From the sequence record NC_019399.1: a stretch of DNA of 64,000 nt; one strand, written 5' to 3'. The DNA comes from Escherichia phage vB_EcoM_ACG-C40. The position numbers were made by a program, and so were the translations under genes. Under the pieces are notes generated by a model that was not told the DNA's origin, searched no databases, and worked only from the letters and a program-made list of their open reading frames with translations. This document shows positions 1-10,090 of this stretch, one piece after another; the first letter of the stretch is position 1; each line of letters begins with the position of its first letter.

Positions 1-88
1 TATCAAAGGCGGGAAGAATACATTCATCGATAGTAGATGGACGATATTTCTGTTCAAGAATGTGTTCTTTTTCATTTACGGTAATCAT
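1..88 (-). CDS. 44: clamp loader subunit gp44, N-terminal fragment (continues beyond window)
   Basis: ATG at 88 with GAGGAAA SD; hand translation MITVNEKEHILEQKYRPSTIDECILPAFD matches T4 gp44 N-terminus as recalled. Confidence 0.7.
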   Translation of the reverse strand, partial: MITVNEKEHILEQKYRPSTIDECILPAFD

Positions 89-120
89 AATTTCCTCATT
101 CAAGTTTTAGTGTAAATTAT

Positions 121-138
121 AAAGGGCCGAAGCCCTTT
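121..138 (-). other. intercistronic hairpin GGGC-UUCG-GCCC between genes 45 and 44
   Basis: aaagggccgaagcccttt; on the minus transcript a C(UUCG)G tetraloop. Confidence 0.5.
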
Positions 139-139
139 A

Positions 140-826
140 TTAAAAATCGTGGGTAGAATCAGCTTCAAGAGCTACCACATAATTCGCGTGTTCACCTTCA
201 AATTTAGCAGCACCTTGTTTACCTTTTGCCCAGAGCAGAAGTTTATAATTTCCTGGTTGCATTTTCATATTTGCCATATTGATAATGAAATTAAATGTAT
301 TTTCACCATCATAATCACCAAGAGTCAAAGAATATTTAACACGGGTCAGAGCAGAATCTTCTACTTTATTAAAACCGTTAATTACGATTTTACCTTCTTT
401 TACCGTGATAGCAATTGTATCAATTTGCAGACCACGAGATACACGCAACAGTTGTTGAAGGTCTTCAGCTTTAATTTCAGTAACAACAGATGCTACCGGG
501 AATGGAATTGGTTTATTAGGAGCAACTACTGTACTCGGATCGGCTGCTGGCCAAAAAATTGTTGAGCGGGCATCAGCAATTTTAATATTTCCATCTTCTG
601 ACTGGGAAATTTCTGCATCATCATTAACTAGAGACAGAATACCGAGAAAACCGTTCAAATCGTAAATTGCTACATCAAAATCAATAACGTCAGAAATATT
701 TGCTTCCGCATAAGTTGTACCATTAACTGCGCGAGTCATAATAAATTGACCGGATTTAAGCATAATGCCAGAGTTAATAGTAGCGAAATTTTTAAGCAGA
801 GCAGTAGTATCTTTAGACAGTTTCAT
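140..826 (-). CDS. 45: sliding clamp gp45
   Basis: 228 aa, same length and near-identical to T4 gp45 as recalled; ATG start. Confidence 0.95.
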   Translation of the reverse strand: MKLSKDTTALLKNFATINSGIMLKSGQFIMTRAVNGTTYAEANISDVIDFDVAIYDLNGFLGILSLVNDDAEISQSEDGNIKIADARSTIFWPAADPSTVVAPNKPIPFPVASVVTEIKAEDLQQLLRVSRGLQIDTIAITVKEGKIVINGFNKVEDSALTRVKYSLTLGDYDGENTFNFIINMANMKMQPGNYKLLLWAKGKQGAAKFEGEHANYVVALEADSTHDF

Positions 827-881
827 GTAATTTCCTTCAATTCAAATGAGATTTAATTTTATAACTAATTAAATAAAGCAA

Positions 882-1271
882 TTAACGATTAAAATCAGCT
901 GCGATTGTTTCGGCAACAATTTGAGCAGCAACAATCAGACGTTCATCTGCATTGCCGCAATATTCATCTTCAAGGCGTTCACCACATGAAGTCATAATAA
1001 ATTTAGCACCGGCGTTTAGAGATTCTGTAGTATGTTTGCGCATTAGTTCAATCCATTTATTACTTACTTCACGATCGATAGCTTCATAATACGCATGACG
1101 AGCAGGTGCAGATTTAATTTTGTTCTGAATAACTTCCATTGCGTTATCAGAAAGAGACAAAACCCATGCTCGACGAATTTTATTTTGGTTTTGTGGATTT
1201 GATTCAGAACGCACGTGTTTTGGCTGAATATCTTTTACATCAACAGTATAATTCACAGTAATTTTAGTCAT
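882..1271 (-). CDS. rpbA: RNA polymerase-binding protein RpbA
   Basis: 129 aa immediately upstream of gene 45, as in T4. Confidence 0.8.
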   Translation of the reverse strand: MTKITVNYTVDVKDIQPKHVRSESNPQNQNKIRRAWVLSLSDNAMEVIQNKIKSAPARHAYYEAIDREVSNKWIELMRKHTTESLNAGAKFIMTSCGERLEDEYCGNADERLIVAAQIVAETIAADFNR

Positions 1272-1280
1272 AATACACCT

Positions 1281-1469
1281 TTAGTCATAATAATCAGTAA
1301 CAGTCCAAGCTTCATTTCTATTGGACATTATTTTTGTATATTCTGATTTAAATGCATTCCTAAGCATAGATTCAGTAACTATATGCTCTTCATTAGAAAA
1401 ATTATTTCTCAGAATATATCGTTTTATTTCAGGAATAGTTAATAGATGCTGTCCAGTTGAATATTCCAT
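1281..1469 (-). CDS. hypothetical protein 45.2-like
   Basis: 62 aa ORF between rpbA and 46, T4 synteny. Confidence 0.6.
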   Translation of the reverse strand: MEYSTGQHLLTIPEIKRYILRNNFSNEEHIVTESMLRNAFKSEYTKIMSNRNEAWTVTDYYD

Positions 1470-1524
1470 GTTTTTCCTCCATAGAGATTATACTCTAATA
1501 AATTAAAGCATAATCTCTTATAAA

Positions 1525-3207
1525 TTAAACCATTACAGTAAATCGACCAACTTTCTTCATTTGAAGATGCTGACCATATTCTTGCGGGTCATGGTCTTTA
1601 TGCGAAATTATAAAAACATTAGTGTTTTTCATTGAATTTATAATATTAGCTACACCTTTAATACCTTCGGCATCAAATGACCCATCAAACACTTCATCAA
1701 GAATTAATGTACTAATACTAACACCAGATACGATAGAAGCAATATCACGCCAAGTAAATAAAAGAGCAATATCAATTCGTGCCTTTTCACCTTCACTAAA
1801 TGAAGCATAACTAAAATCTTCACGACCACGGGATTTAATTGTCTCATTAAATTCTTCATCTAATGTAAACACATAATCCGCTTCCATTATTTTAAGATAA
1901 TGGTTAATCTGCTTATTAAATAATGGAATGTACTTTTTAATAATAGCACCTTTAATACCAGAATCTTTGAGCATATCAGTCAAAATTCCTCGGTGGTATT
2001 TTTCCATTACTAAATTAGTTTTTGTCTTAACAATTTTATCAAGTTCTTCTTGAAGCAGTGCTATTTCATCAGCATGGTCAATAAACTCAGAAGATGCTTT
2101 TTCTATAGCCGCTTTAACCTTTTTAGCTTTATCTACTGCTGCGATCAGAGATTGCTTTTTATTGCGAATATCATTTGCCAACGACTGTTGGGTTTTAATA
2201 TTATCTCGGTATTCATCAACAAGAACTTTTAAATTATCACGGTGTGTTGAAAGCTGTTCAAACGAATGCGTACATTCAGAAACTTTATCTTTAATTTTAG
2301 AAACAACTTTATCACCGGAACTCAATTGTGACAAACAGGTTGGACATAATCCACCTTCGTGATACATATTAATGACTTTATTATACGAGTCAATTTTTGA
2401 TTTAATTAAAACTGCTTCTTGACCGATTTTATTAAATGCATCAGTCGGGTCTTCATCTAAAACAATATTAACTAATCTTTCATTAGCTTTTTCTATTTCC
2501 GATTTTAGCGTTCTAGCTTCTTTTGCCAAATCATCATACATATTTTGCAGACGAGTAAGATTGTCACCCGTTAATTTTTTCTGGCGTTCAACGTTATCAT
2601 TATATATTTTAATTTGTTGGATAATACTATCTTTTTTAACTTCAAGCACTTGGTTTTGTGAATTTAATTCACGTATTAGTGCTTTATTAAGCTTATCCAT
2701 TTCAGCTAATGTTCCTACCTCAAGCAGGTCTTCCACAAGCTTTCTTCGCGCAGGGGTCGACAAACCCATGAAAGGGGTATACCCTGCTGTACCAAGGACA
2801 ACAATCTGCTTGAAACTGGCATATGACATTCCGATAAGCTGTTCAAATTCTGCTTGGAAATCTTTACTGCTGGCAGATTCATTAAGACGTGTACCGTTAA
2901 CGGTGATTTCGAAAACGTTTGGTTTTTGTCCTCTTTTGATATAGTACTTTTTCTCATCATATTCCATCCACAGTTCAACTAAAAGTTCTTTCTTATTTGT
3001 GCTGTTTATTAATTGACCTTTCTTTACATCACGAAATGGCTTGCCAAAAAGCCCAAATGTGATGGCTTCTAGCATAGTAGACTTACCACCGCCATTTCGT
3101 CCAGTAATAAGAGTTTTTTGAACCTTATCTAATTGAATGTCAATCCCATTTTGACCAACTGACATTATATTTTTATATTTTACTCTATTAAGTTTAAAAT
3201 TCTTCAC
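1525..3207 (-). CDS. 46: recombination endonuclease subunit gp46 (SbcC/Rad50-like ATPase)
   Basis: 560 aa; Walker A GRNGGGKST; long coiled coil; GTG start with AAGGA SD. Confidence 0.92.
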   Translation of the reverse strand: MKNFKLNRVKYKNIMSVGQNGIDIQLDKVQKTLITGRNGGGKSTMLEAITFGLFGKPFRDVKKGQLINSTNKKELLVELWMEYDEKKYYIKRGQKPNVFEITVNGTRLNESASSKDFQAEFEQLIGMSYASFKQIVVLGTAGYTPFMGLSTPARRKLVEDLLEVGTLAEMDKLNKALIRELNSQNQVLEVKKDSIIQQIKIYNDNVERQKKLTGDNLTRLQNMYDDLAKEARTLKSEIEKANERLVNIVLDEDPTDAFNKIGQEAVLIKSKIDSYNKVINMYHEGGLCPTCLSQLSSGDKVVSKIKDKVSECTHSFEQLSTHRDNLKVLVDEYRDNIKTQQSLANDIRNKKQSLIAAVDKAKKVKAAIEKASSEFIDHADEIALLQEELDKIVKTKTNLVMEKYHRGILTDMLKDSGIKGAIIKKYIPLFNKQINHYLKIMEADYVFTLDEEFNETIKSRGREDFSYASFSEGEKARIDIALLFTWRDIASIVSGVSISTLILDEVFDGSFDAEGIKGVANIINSMKNTNVFIISHKDHDPQEYGQHLQMKKVGRFTVMV

Positions 3208-3467
3208 AAAAGATTCCTTTTAATGTATCTTTTAGACCATTCTATCATATCATCATAATCTAAAAAGTATTCATCAAATTCAGCCATGCAAACAACACCT
3301 TGTGCTGTTTTTGATGTAATATAAATTATTCCAACATATCTAGAATCTTCTTCGGTATAATCAATGTTTGCTATGAATTCATCGTTAATGTCAAATGTCG
3401 AAAACTTCACAGTATGCATCCTTAATACAAGATACAGCCATATCTCGTAATGATTTAGGTGTGTCAT
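3204..3467 (-). CDS. hypothetical protein (46.1-like); start uncertain
   Basis: ORF between 47 and 46; overlaps the next ORF in another frame, alternative ATG at 3419. Confidence 0.45.
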   Translation of the reverse strand: MTHLNHYEIWLYLVLRMHTVKFSTFDINDEFIANIDYTEEDSRYVGIIYITSKTAQGVVCMAEFDEYFLDYDDMIEWSKRYIKRNLL

Positions 3468-3654
3468 TATCTAAAATGTTGAAGTTAAAAGATACAGCCC
3501 AGTCAGTGCAGACCGTGACCTTTTTAATACAATTATCTTCAACTTCTAGTGGTTCAAACCAATATTCAATAATTTCTTTATGCCCAATATCATCTTTTAC
3601 TTCGCATTCAAAATGCTGACTCATCATAACATTTTTAAATTCATCAAAAGTCAT
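3391..3654 (-). CDS. hypothetical protein (46.2-like)
   Basis: 87 aa ORF directly downstream of gene 47. Confidence 0.45.
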   Translation of the reverse strand: MTFDEFKNVMMSQHFECEVKDDIGHKEIIEYWFEPLEVEDNCIKKVTVCTDWAVSFNFNILDNDTPKSLRDMAVSCIKDAYCEVFDI

Positions 3655-4670
3655 TGTGTTGCCTCTACATATAACTGATTTGCATATTGAATAAGTGCTT
3701 CACGGTCAGAATCGGTGATGTCTGGAATTGCATTAATGTATTCTTCCATCAATGTCTGAAGCGATTGAACTTCAACTTCTTCACTGTCATCTGACTCGAC
3801 AGAGTTATCAATCTTTGACACAACTCGTAATGAATGCACAACTTTTTCTAGTTCAGATTCGAACTTCGTCAGATTTTTGTCTACTTCAGTTACTATAACA
3901 CGTACTGATAGATTTGTAAAATCTTTATAGTCAATTTTTCCTTTAAATGGATAATGAATTCTACGATGCCAGGTAGTATTGTTTGGAATAAATTCCATTC
4001 GTTCTGTTTCTGTATCAAACATCCAGAACCCACGAGGGTCATTCTCGTCACCTGCTGTTAGTGTCCATGGTGTCCCAATATATCTGACGTTAGCAGCCTC
4101 AGAAATAGTATGGAAGTGACCAGACCACACTTCTTTATAAGTCTTAAGGAAATCAGGTTCAAGACCATGAGATTTCATTCCTTTATAAAAATAAAATCCA
4201 TTCAGTTCCCAGTGACCAACACAAAAAGAAGCAGATGAAGTTTTGATATGCTCAAGAATTTCACCAGTATTTTCTTCGCACATCCAAGGAATCAAATCAA
4301 TCAAACATCCGTCAAAATCTACTGTAGTAGGCTTATCATATACTTTAACATTAGGATATTTAGCCAAAAGCTCAGTAGAGGCATTTGGATGCATTACATT
4401 TTTGTAGTGAAGATCGTGATTTCCTACAATAGTATGTAATGTGATTCCAGCACCATCAAGCATTTGAACTATTTCACGGGCAAACTCCATAGTTTTATGC
4501 GTGATTGCTTTTCGCACATCAAAAATATCACCGTATTGAATCCAGGTAGTAATTCCATTTTTCTTAGAATATTCTATTGCTTGTTTAATTCCATCAATTT
4601 GAATACCGCGAATCCACTCATCATCAGCTTTAACGCCTAAATGCCAATCACCTAAATTTAAAATTTTCAT
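3651..4670 (-). CDS. 47: recombination endonuclease subunit gp47 (SbcD/Mre11-like phosphoesterase)
   Basis: 339 aa; metallophosphatase motifs DWHLG, GDIFD, GNHD. Confidence 0.93.
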   Translation of the reverse strand: MKILNLGDWHLGVKADDEWIRGIQIDGIKQAIEYSKKNGITTWIQYGDIFDVRKAITHKTMEFAREIVQMLDGAGITLHTIVGNHDLHYKNVMHPNASTELLAKYPNVKVYDKPTTVDFDGCLIDLIPWMCEENTGEILEHIKTSSASFCVGHWELNGFYFYKGMKSHGLEPDFLKTYKEVWSGHFHTISEAANVRYIGTPWTLTAGDENDPRGFWMFDTETERMEFIPNNTTWHRRIHYPFKGKIDYKDFTNLSVRVIVTEVDKNLTKFESELEKVVHSLRVVSKIDNSVESDDSEEVEVQSLQTLMEEYINAIPDITDSDREALIQYANQLYVEATQ

Positions 4671-4807
4671 ATATCAAGAACCGTCATTGAAATGCAAAAT
4701 AAAATTATTGAAATAAATCCATCTGGAGTGCTAAAGAACCCAATCCAACATGCTCTAGTGAATAGATAAAATGCAAGAAAAAGTATCACATATCCAAGAA
4801 ATATCAT
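4667..4807 (-). CDS. small hydrophobic ORF (47.1-like), 46 aa
   Basis: hand translation MIFLGYVILFLAFYLF...; stop overlaps the gene 47 ATG; not in ORF track. Confidence 0.4.
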   Translation of the reverse strand: MIFLGYVILFLAFYLFTRACWIGFFSTPDGFISIILFCISMTVLDI

Positions 4808-4830
4808 TATATCAAACTCCGTATAAAGCT

Positions 4831-4848
4831 AAAGGGCCGAAGCCCTTT
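4831..4848 (-). other. UUCG-tetraloop hairpin downstream of a-gt
   Basis: aaagggccgaagcccttt. Confidence 0.5.
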
Positions 4849-6049
4849 ATTTTGTAATAATGTCAAACTGTTCTTTAAAGCAGAAGCTTGAATCTTGATG
4901 CTGATACAAAAATTCATATGCTTTTTCTCGCTCACGGTCATAAAGAGCTCGGTCAGATGACAGTTCTTTAATACGTTCAAATGTTGATTCCATGTCATTT
5001 TCATCAAACCAAATGATACCGCTATCATGCGAGGTCAAAGGAGTATTATCAACACGGAATTTTAAATTTTCGCCAGTAGATTTCCAGAAAACAGGAATTG
5101 TACCGCAAGCACCTAATTCAAGATGAGTATATTCTAAAGAACGTTGTAGATATTTTTTATCCAACTTACTCAACTGATAACCAAAACCGGATTTACTCAT
5201 ACGTTCAAGCATTTCGCTATTTACATAACGGTCAAGAATTTGCGTTGGCAAATTAGGAGCAATTTTAATTTGGTCTACTTGATGAAGACGATAATACTCG
5301 TATGGAATTCCTTTTTCTTTAATAAGAATGAACGCTGGAGAACGTTCCAGACCTTCCATAATAGTACTTAGTCCTGCAGGTTTAAGATGTTTTTCATGAA
5401 AATCAAACATCTGATAAAAACCTTTCCATGTAGTCGTACGACCAATCCAACGGTTGATATTCATGTTAATTTCAGAAACATCTTTCCAGTAGGTTGACCG
5501 AACCTTCGCAATATCCATAGGAGGCTGAAAGTTATATACTGTCGGTGCTTCTTCAATATCATCAAACAGAGAAACAGTTTCTGGATACCATTCTTTCATC
5601 AGAACTTTATTAAAATCACCATTATCAGAATGACTAAAAATAACATCAGCTCGACGAACAGTTTCTTCTAATCCCAAATTTCGACGCAAAGAAAGAGAAG
5701 AATGGTCATGTTGATAAACTACAACACGAATAGAAGGTTTAATATTATCTAAAAGTTTTTTATAGTTATTAATCGTGGCTTCTTGAACGGAAGTAGCAGG
5801 AACAGAATTAATAATTAGAATATCACAATCATTAATCAGTTTAAGTGCTTTATCGTATTCTTTAGCTAAAATAACTGGAATTGAAAATGATTTGTGGTCA
5901 TGAGAACTTGTACGAGTAAATGATTTATCTTTAGCATAAACCAAAGTTACTTCATGACCATTTTTAATAAACCAATCACGTTGCTCGAGTGAGAATTTTG
6001 TTACACCACAACCTTCAAGACCCCGAGCCAGAAAAATGCATACTTTCAT
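4847..6049 (-). CDS. a-gt: DNA alpha-glucosyltransferase
   Basis: 400 aa, near-identical to T4 alpha-GT as recalled. Confidence 0.93.
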   Translation of the reverse strand: MKVCIFLARGLEGCGVTKFSLEQRDWFIKNGHEVTLVYAKDKSFTRTSSHDHKSFSIPVILAKEYDKALKLINDCDILIINSVPATSVQEATINNYKKLLDNIKPSIRVVVYQHDHSSLSLRRNLGLEETVRRADVIFSHSDNGDFNKVLMKEWYPETVSLFDDIEEAPTVYNFQPPMDIAKVRSTYWKDVSEINMNINRWIGRTTTWKGFYQMFDFHEKHLKPAGLSTIMEGLERSPAFILIKEKGIPYEYYRLHQVDQIKIAPNLPTQILDRYVNSEMLERMSKSGFGYQLSKLDKKYLQRSLEYTHLELGACGTIPVFWKSTGENLKFRVDNTPLTSHDSGIIWFDENDMESTFERIKELSSDRALYDREREKAYEFLYQHQDSSFCFKEQFDIITK

Positions 6050-6099
6050 TTAATATCCTCTTTGTTTTGGTTTATTTTACCAAAAATTTATAAAGCAAT

Positions 6100-6119
6100 A
6101 TAGGAGCCGAAGCTCCTAT
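6100..6119 (-). other. UUCG-tetraloop hairpin
   Basis: ataggagccgaagctcctat. Confidence 0.45.
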
Positions 6120-6292
6120 CCACATAATACGCCATACAAAGGCTCATTAGAGCTTCTAAATTTTCTGCGCCTATATGTTATAGTTCCTTCTGCTTTAGCT
6201 TTATCGTAAGACTCTTTAAAGCGTCTCATCATTTCTACTTTAGAGGAACGAATTTTATTATAATCTATTTCAGAAGTCTGGGTGTTCATCTT

Positions 6293-6496
6293 TCATAACT
6301 GCCACCATTTTTTGACTTGATAAGAATCAACCCACACTTTCATATTAGGGTCTGCTCTTACAATAGGAGGATTAACTTCTTTAATTGAACTATCATGGTA
6401 TTCTTTTTCAGAAATTTTCACACAAAGATGACCATTCAAAGATTCAGTAAATCCTGCATTAATTTTAAGACGCTTGAATTTTACGTGTGTAAGCAT
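6293..6496 (-). CDS. hypothetical protein
   Basis: track ORF starts at TTG; first ATG at 6496 has a GAGGA SD. Confidence 0.45.
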   Translation of the reverse strand: MLTHVKFKRLKINAGFTESLNGHLCVKISEKEYHDSSIKEVNPPIVRADPNMKVWVDSYQVKKWWQL

Positions 6497-6782
6497 CAAT
6501 CATATCCTCAATTTGCGATCTAGTAGTCTTCCAAAGAATACTGATGAGTTCATCGTTATATGGCTGTTTTAGAATATCCCGACTTTTCTTGATAGCATAT
6601 TCGTATTGAGCAAAATTATTGTTTTCAGCTGCAATCTGAGCGTGCTTATAAAGACGATTCAGTTCGCGTTTGTTTTTAGACAATAACTTATTTGCTTTTC
6701 TTTCTGCTTCAAGACGGTTCTTTTCTTCAATAGAAGAAATAAGCTTTTCCACTTCATCATTAATTTCGGGTTTATCAGTCAT
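6465..6782 (-). CDS. hypothetical coiled-coil protein
   Basis: 105 aa ORF in the a-gt to 55 interval. Confidence 0.5.
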   Translation of the reverse strand: MTDKPEINDEVEKLISSIEEKNRLEAERKANKLLSKNKRELNRLYKHAQIAAENNNFAQYEYAIKKSRDILKQPYNDELISILWKTTRSQIEDMIDAYTRKIQAS

Positions 6783-6783
6783 A

Positions 6784-7002
6784 TTATTTCTCTAATATAA
6801 AATAAAAATCATCATCTGTTAAATGATACCGATAGTTTAATTCTACACCATTAGATTTAAAAGCGGTATCATACGGATTTTCTGGGTCAATATCAATGTC
6901 AAGAGCTAAAACTTCCCTGAGATACATTTTAAGTAAATAGGGAATAGCTTCAACTTCAGGTATTTCTTCCAAGAATCCGGAGAGGTTAATCGTTAGCCTC
7001 AT
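6784..7002 (-). CDS. hypothetical protein
   Basis: 72 aa ORF; start overlaps the gene 55 stop. Confidence 0.5.
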
Positions 7003-7543
7003 ATAAAAAATCCAAACTAGGAGAATCGTCTACAACACTTTTCTTTTCAGCCCCCGGTGTTCTATAGGTTGATTCTTCGTAATGCGTCATTTTATCGTAG
7101 ATGTCTTGAATAAAAGTTTCATCTACTAACGCAACCATATCGTCGTCACGACTGTCATAGACATTGTGAACGAAGTAACTATATTTCTTTGCAACTTCCT
7201 TACGTTCTTTTTTAATACGTTGGACGAATGCATTAAAACAAGCTTGAGTTATATATGCATGTGGGTTTTTATATTTCGTTTCATCAAAATTATGAAGCCC
7301 CTTAATAGAAGCTTCTATACCATCTGCAATCATTTCTTGTTTCCAAGACTGGGTGTATCCTGAAAAGTTGAAACGTTTAGATAAGCCTTCTGCAATAAGC
7401 ATAATGGCTAATCCGATAGTATCATTCTGACGAACTACTTTATTTGGGTCTTTATTATTTGCTAATTCTGTTTTCCAATCAATAATAGCTTGTAAAAGCT
7501 CTTTATTGTTTACGTAATTATATTTAGGCTTAGTTTCTGACAT
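6986..7543 (-). CDS. 55: late-transcription sigma factor gp55
   Basis: [10 protein letters not shown]... 185 aa from ATG 7543 with GAGGTG SD; track ORF extends to an upstream GTG. Confidence 0.92.
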
Positions 7544-7621
7544 TTTCACCTCTTAGCTCAATTCATAGATCTATTATATCATAATATTTGAAGATCTATC
7601 TTAAAGCATAGAGGATATCAG

Positions 7622-7891
7622 TTATCTAAGTAAGCAGTATGCTTGGAACACTTTCTCCATCATCTTTTTAAATTCATGAATATCTATGTAATGATCAGTA
7701 ATATCAGCGCGACGTAAAAAGTCTAAAAACTTTTTATGGGTGTTAGAATATGCGCTTTCATTTAATTCAGAAACATGACTTTCCCAATATCCAACACCAG
7801 TCTTATTTGGGAAAAATGAAATTCTCATGTATTGGTTAACATAGAAAATACCAAAATTTTCAATAGCAATAGAAATATCAATTAATTTCAT
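7622..7891 (-). CDS. hypothetical protein (55.x)
   Basis: 89 aa ORF. Confidence 0.45.
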   Translation of the reverse strand: MKLIDISIAIENFGIFYVNQYMRISFFPNKTGVGYWESHVSELNESAYSNTHKKFLDFLRRADITDHYIDIHEFKKMMEKVFQAYCLLR

Positions 7892-8103
7892 ACATTCATC
7901 AACTTAGCCGCTTCAAGAGCTGCATCTAGTGAATCAAATTGGTCAACATATTCAATCAATTCGCCATAATTGGCATATAACCACCATTGGCTAAATTCAT
8001 ACTCAAGGATGAATCCGTTTCCTTCAATTTGAGTTAAACCAATGCCATTTGTATTTACTTCATACCCAGCAAGACGTAAATCGTTAATAAGAGCTTCGTT
8101 CAT
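7888..8103 (-). CDS. hypothetical protein (55.x)
   Basis: 71 aa ORF, start/stop overlap with neighbours. Confidence 0.45.
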   Translation of the reverse strand: MNEALINDLRLAGYEVNTNGIGLTQIEGNGFILEYEFSQWWLYANYGELIEYVDQFDSLDAALEAAKLMNV

Positions 8104-8105
8104 AA

Positions 8106-8432
8106 TTATACCTTAGTAATTTTCAGGTCTGCAAATTTTTTCTTGCGTTGATTTTTCATACGACGAATAGTTTTATCGGAAATTTCATGCTTTTGATAAG
8201 CTTTAGATTCTACACCAAAAGCTTTAACATCAAATTCTGACAAGATATATTGAACCAACAATTCACGGACAGTATTGCGTCCAATCTTCTGATCATTCTG
8301 TTTCATCATTTGATGAAGATCTTTTTCCCATTTATCCAAAATTTGAGGAGTTACAATATCGCCTTTTTCTAGCAAAGAAACTACTTTATCATATGCGTAA
8401 GAATTAATGACGTTTTTAATTTGAATAGTCAT
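8106..8432 (-). CDS. hypothetical protein (55.x)
   Basis: 108 aa ORF. Confidence 0.45.
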   Translation of the reverse strand: MTIQIKNVINSYAYDKVVSLLEKGDIVTPQILDKWEKDLHQMMKQNDQKIGRNTVRELLVQYILSEFDVKAFGVESKAYQKHEISDKTIRRMKNQRKKKFADLKITKV

Positions 8433-8470
8433 ACATTATCCTCAATTACGTTAAAATTTTATTATCCAAA

Positions 8471-8486
8471 AAGGGCCGAAGCCCTT
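8471..8486 (-). terminator. UUCG hairpin followed by a U-run on the minus transcript
   Basis: aagggccgaagccctt; minus strand reads GGGCUUCGGCCC then UUUUUGG. Confidence 0.5.
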
Positions 8487-8685
8487 AGCTAAACTTTTTG
8501 GCACCCTTCCAGCCTTCGTACATCATTGCGGCTGATATTAATATTGCTCCTGAGCAACTTGAATATTTGTGATTCCAAAACCAGTTTAGAAAAACTTCGT
8601 CATCAATACCTTGTGCTATCATATTTTCAAAGAACTGACGACGAGCTTCAGCAATTCGCTGCGATAATTTAGATTCAGGATTCAT
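8485..8685 (-). CDS. hypothetical protein
   Basis: 66 aa ORF. Confidence 0.4.
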   Translation of the reverse strand: MNPESKLSQRIAEARRQFFENMIAQGIDDEVFLNWFWNHKYSSCSGAILISAAMMYEGWKGAKKFS

Positions 8686-8817
8686 TTAAATTTCCCAATT
8701 GCCATTTTCATCAATGAATTTAATCCAGTCATTTACTGACCACTTAGTTGTATCGCCTTTTGGAGTAACATTTAAAGTATATAGCCCTTGCTTAAAAAGC
8801 ATTCGTTTGATATTCAT
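8686..8817 (-). CDS. small hypothetical protein (start trimmed to ATG 8817)
   Basis: GAGGAAA SD before ATG 8817; the track extension overlaps the upstream ORF. Confidence 0.35.
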   Translation of the reverse strand: MNIKRMLFKQGLYTLNVTPKGDTTKWSVNDWIKFIDENGNWEI

Positions 8818-8824
8818 ATTTTCC

Positions 8825-9118
8825 TCAGCTGTAACGATAACACTCATTTGATTTACGTTTAGCAACTCGTTGAGAAGTATTATAATCAAAATCATCGTCA
8901 ATGTAAACAGATTTTTTCAACTTTCTTACTTCACCACGTAATTGACGATTTAGCTCATCTTTAACTTCTGAATCAATGCCTTTCATTCTACGCCATTTAT
9001 CTGAGCGAAAAATGTTTTCAACCATATCTTTATGACTTACCCCATCAGGAGCTTTACGCTTTCCGAAATAGTCATAATCACGCACTTTTAAGTCTTTACG
9101 ACGATACGTTTTACCCAT
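8825..9118 (-). CDS. hypothetical basic protein (start trimmed to ATG 9118)
   Basis: AAGGAAA SD before ATG 9118. Confidence 0.4.
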   Translation of the reverse strand: MGKTYRRKDLKVRDYDYFGKRKAPDGVSHKDMVENIFRSDKWRRMKGIDSEVKDELNRQLRGEVRKLKKSVYIDDDFDYNTSQRVAKRKSNECYRYS

Positions 9119-9293
9119 GGAGTTTAATTTCCTTAGCAATTGAACTAAATGCAGCACGATCGCAAATCATGCGTTTATGTAACTTGAGTATAATATAGCA
9201 AACTTCAAAACTATTTACATGAGTAACACGAACAGCATTACCATTCACGAGATAATACTGTCCCTTTTTAATTTCTTTATCAACCACAACCAT
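9111..9293 (-). CDS. hypothetical protein
   Basis: 60 aa; GAGGAA SD; early promoter directly upstream. Confidence 0.45.
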   Translation of the reverse strand: MVVVDKEIKKGQYYLVNGNAVRVTHVNSFEVCYIILKLHKRMICDRAAFSSIAKEIKLHG

Positions 9294-9323
9294 ATCAATT
9301 CCTCAAAGGTAATTCATGTGTTA

Positions 9324-9353
9324 ATAATACCACAGTTTGAGCTCGTTGTAAAC
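9324..9353 (-). promoter_or_regulatory. early promoter (GTTTAC, 18-bp spacer, TATTAT)
   Basis: minus-strand GTTTAC from 9348..9353, -10 from 9324..9329. Confidence 0.6.
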
Positions 9354-9451
9354 AACTTTGTGAAAATTATTTTAGGGAATGATAAGAAGGGAACGATAGC
9401 TTAAAATGATAATATACAGAATGTAAGAAAGAAAGGCCCAGAGGGCCCGTC

Positions 9452-9760
9452 TTAGTCTTCTATGATATCCCTATCATATCCAAGTGAAATGAGAGTTTCT
9501 TTGAAGTGTTTAATGTTCTTTTGTCTAGAATCATTAATGAAAATGACTGGATAACGAATGTTAAGAGATGTGAATCCAGCGCGTTTAGCAAGAGATACAA
9601 TCAGTGGACGATCATACTCAATCTTACCATTATTTGTAAGAACCTTATAGAAAGTAAAAGGAGCATTGAGCTCCTTTAGAAGTTTTGTAACTGATTGACA
9701 TCCAGGACAACGACCAACTTCATCTGGAATTCCATAGACTTCAATCTTATTTTGTTTCAC
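9452..9760 (-). CDS. nrdH: glutaredoxin-like protein NrdH
   Basis: 102 aa with CPGCQ redox motif; GTG start. Confidence 0.8.
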   Translation of the reverse strand: MKQNKIEVYGIPDEVGRCPGCQSVTKLLKELNAPFTFYKVLTNNGKIEYDRPLIVSLAKRAGFTSLNIRYPVIFINDSRQKNIKHFKETLISLGYDRDIIED

Positions 9761-9762
9761 AA

Positions 9763-9975
9763 CTATTCCTTACTAAGAGCAGCATTCAGTTTGTTAGTAA
9801 TTTTATCCAGACGCTCATTGAACTCACTAGAAGATAAGCCCTTTTCTGGAGAAATTAAACTAATCACGAAAAATATAGCAATAAAAGGAATAAGGAAAAT
9901 AGCTCCAACTGCCATAAACAGAAAGAATGTTACAGTTGTAAGAAAATCAGCTAAACCTTTACGAAATTTATACAT
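9763..9975 (-). CDS. small membrane protein
   Basis: 70 aa with a hydrophobic core (FFLFMAVGAIFLIPFIAIFFVISLI). Confidence 0.5.
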   Translation of the reverse strand: MYKFRKGLADFLTTVTFFLFMAVGAIFLIPFIAIFFVISLISPEKGLSSSEFNERLDKITNKLNAALSKE

Positions 9976-10090
9976 ATTTTACCCTTAATTGATTAACCAA
10001 GCATTGATAAGCACTAAACTATACTGCGAATAAAATTCTGGACCAAAATGAAAAATCATATCATTTATAGTATCCATAATGTAATTCAAT

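Noticed and set aside
149-565. Plus-strand ORF (138 aa) inside gene 45
   Set aside because: Antisense to a well-supported gene; low-complexity translation; no SD. The same applies to the other plus-strand ORFs lying within minus-strand genes in the first 42 kb, e.g. 2561..2944, 12671..12889, 18851..19090.
827-881. Late promoter for gene 45 (TTATAAAATTA on the minus strand)
   Set aside because: No exact TATAAATA; too degenerate to call from sequence alone.
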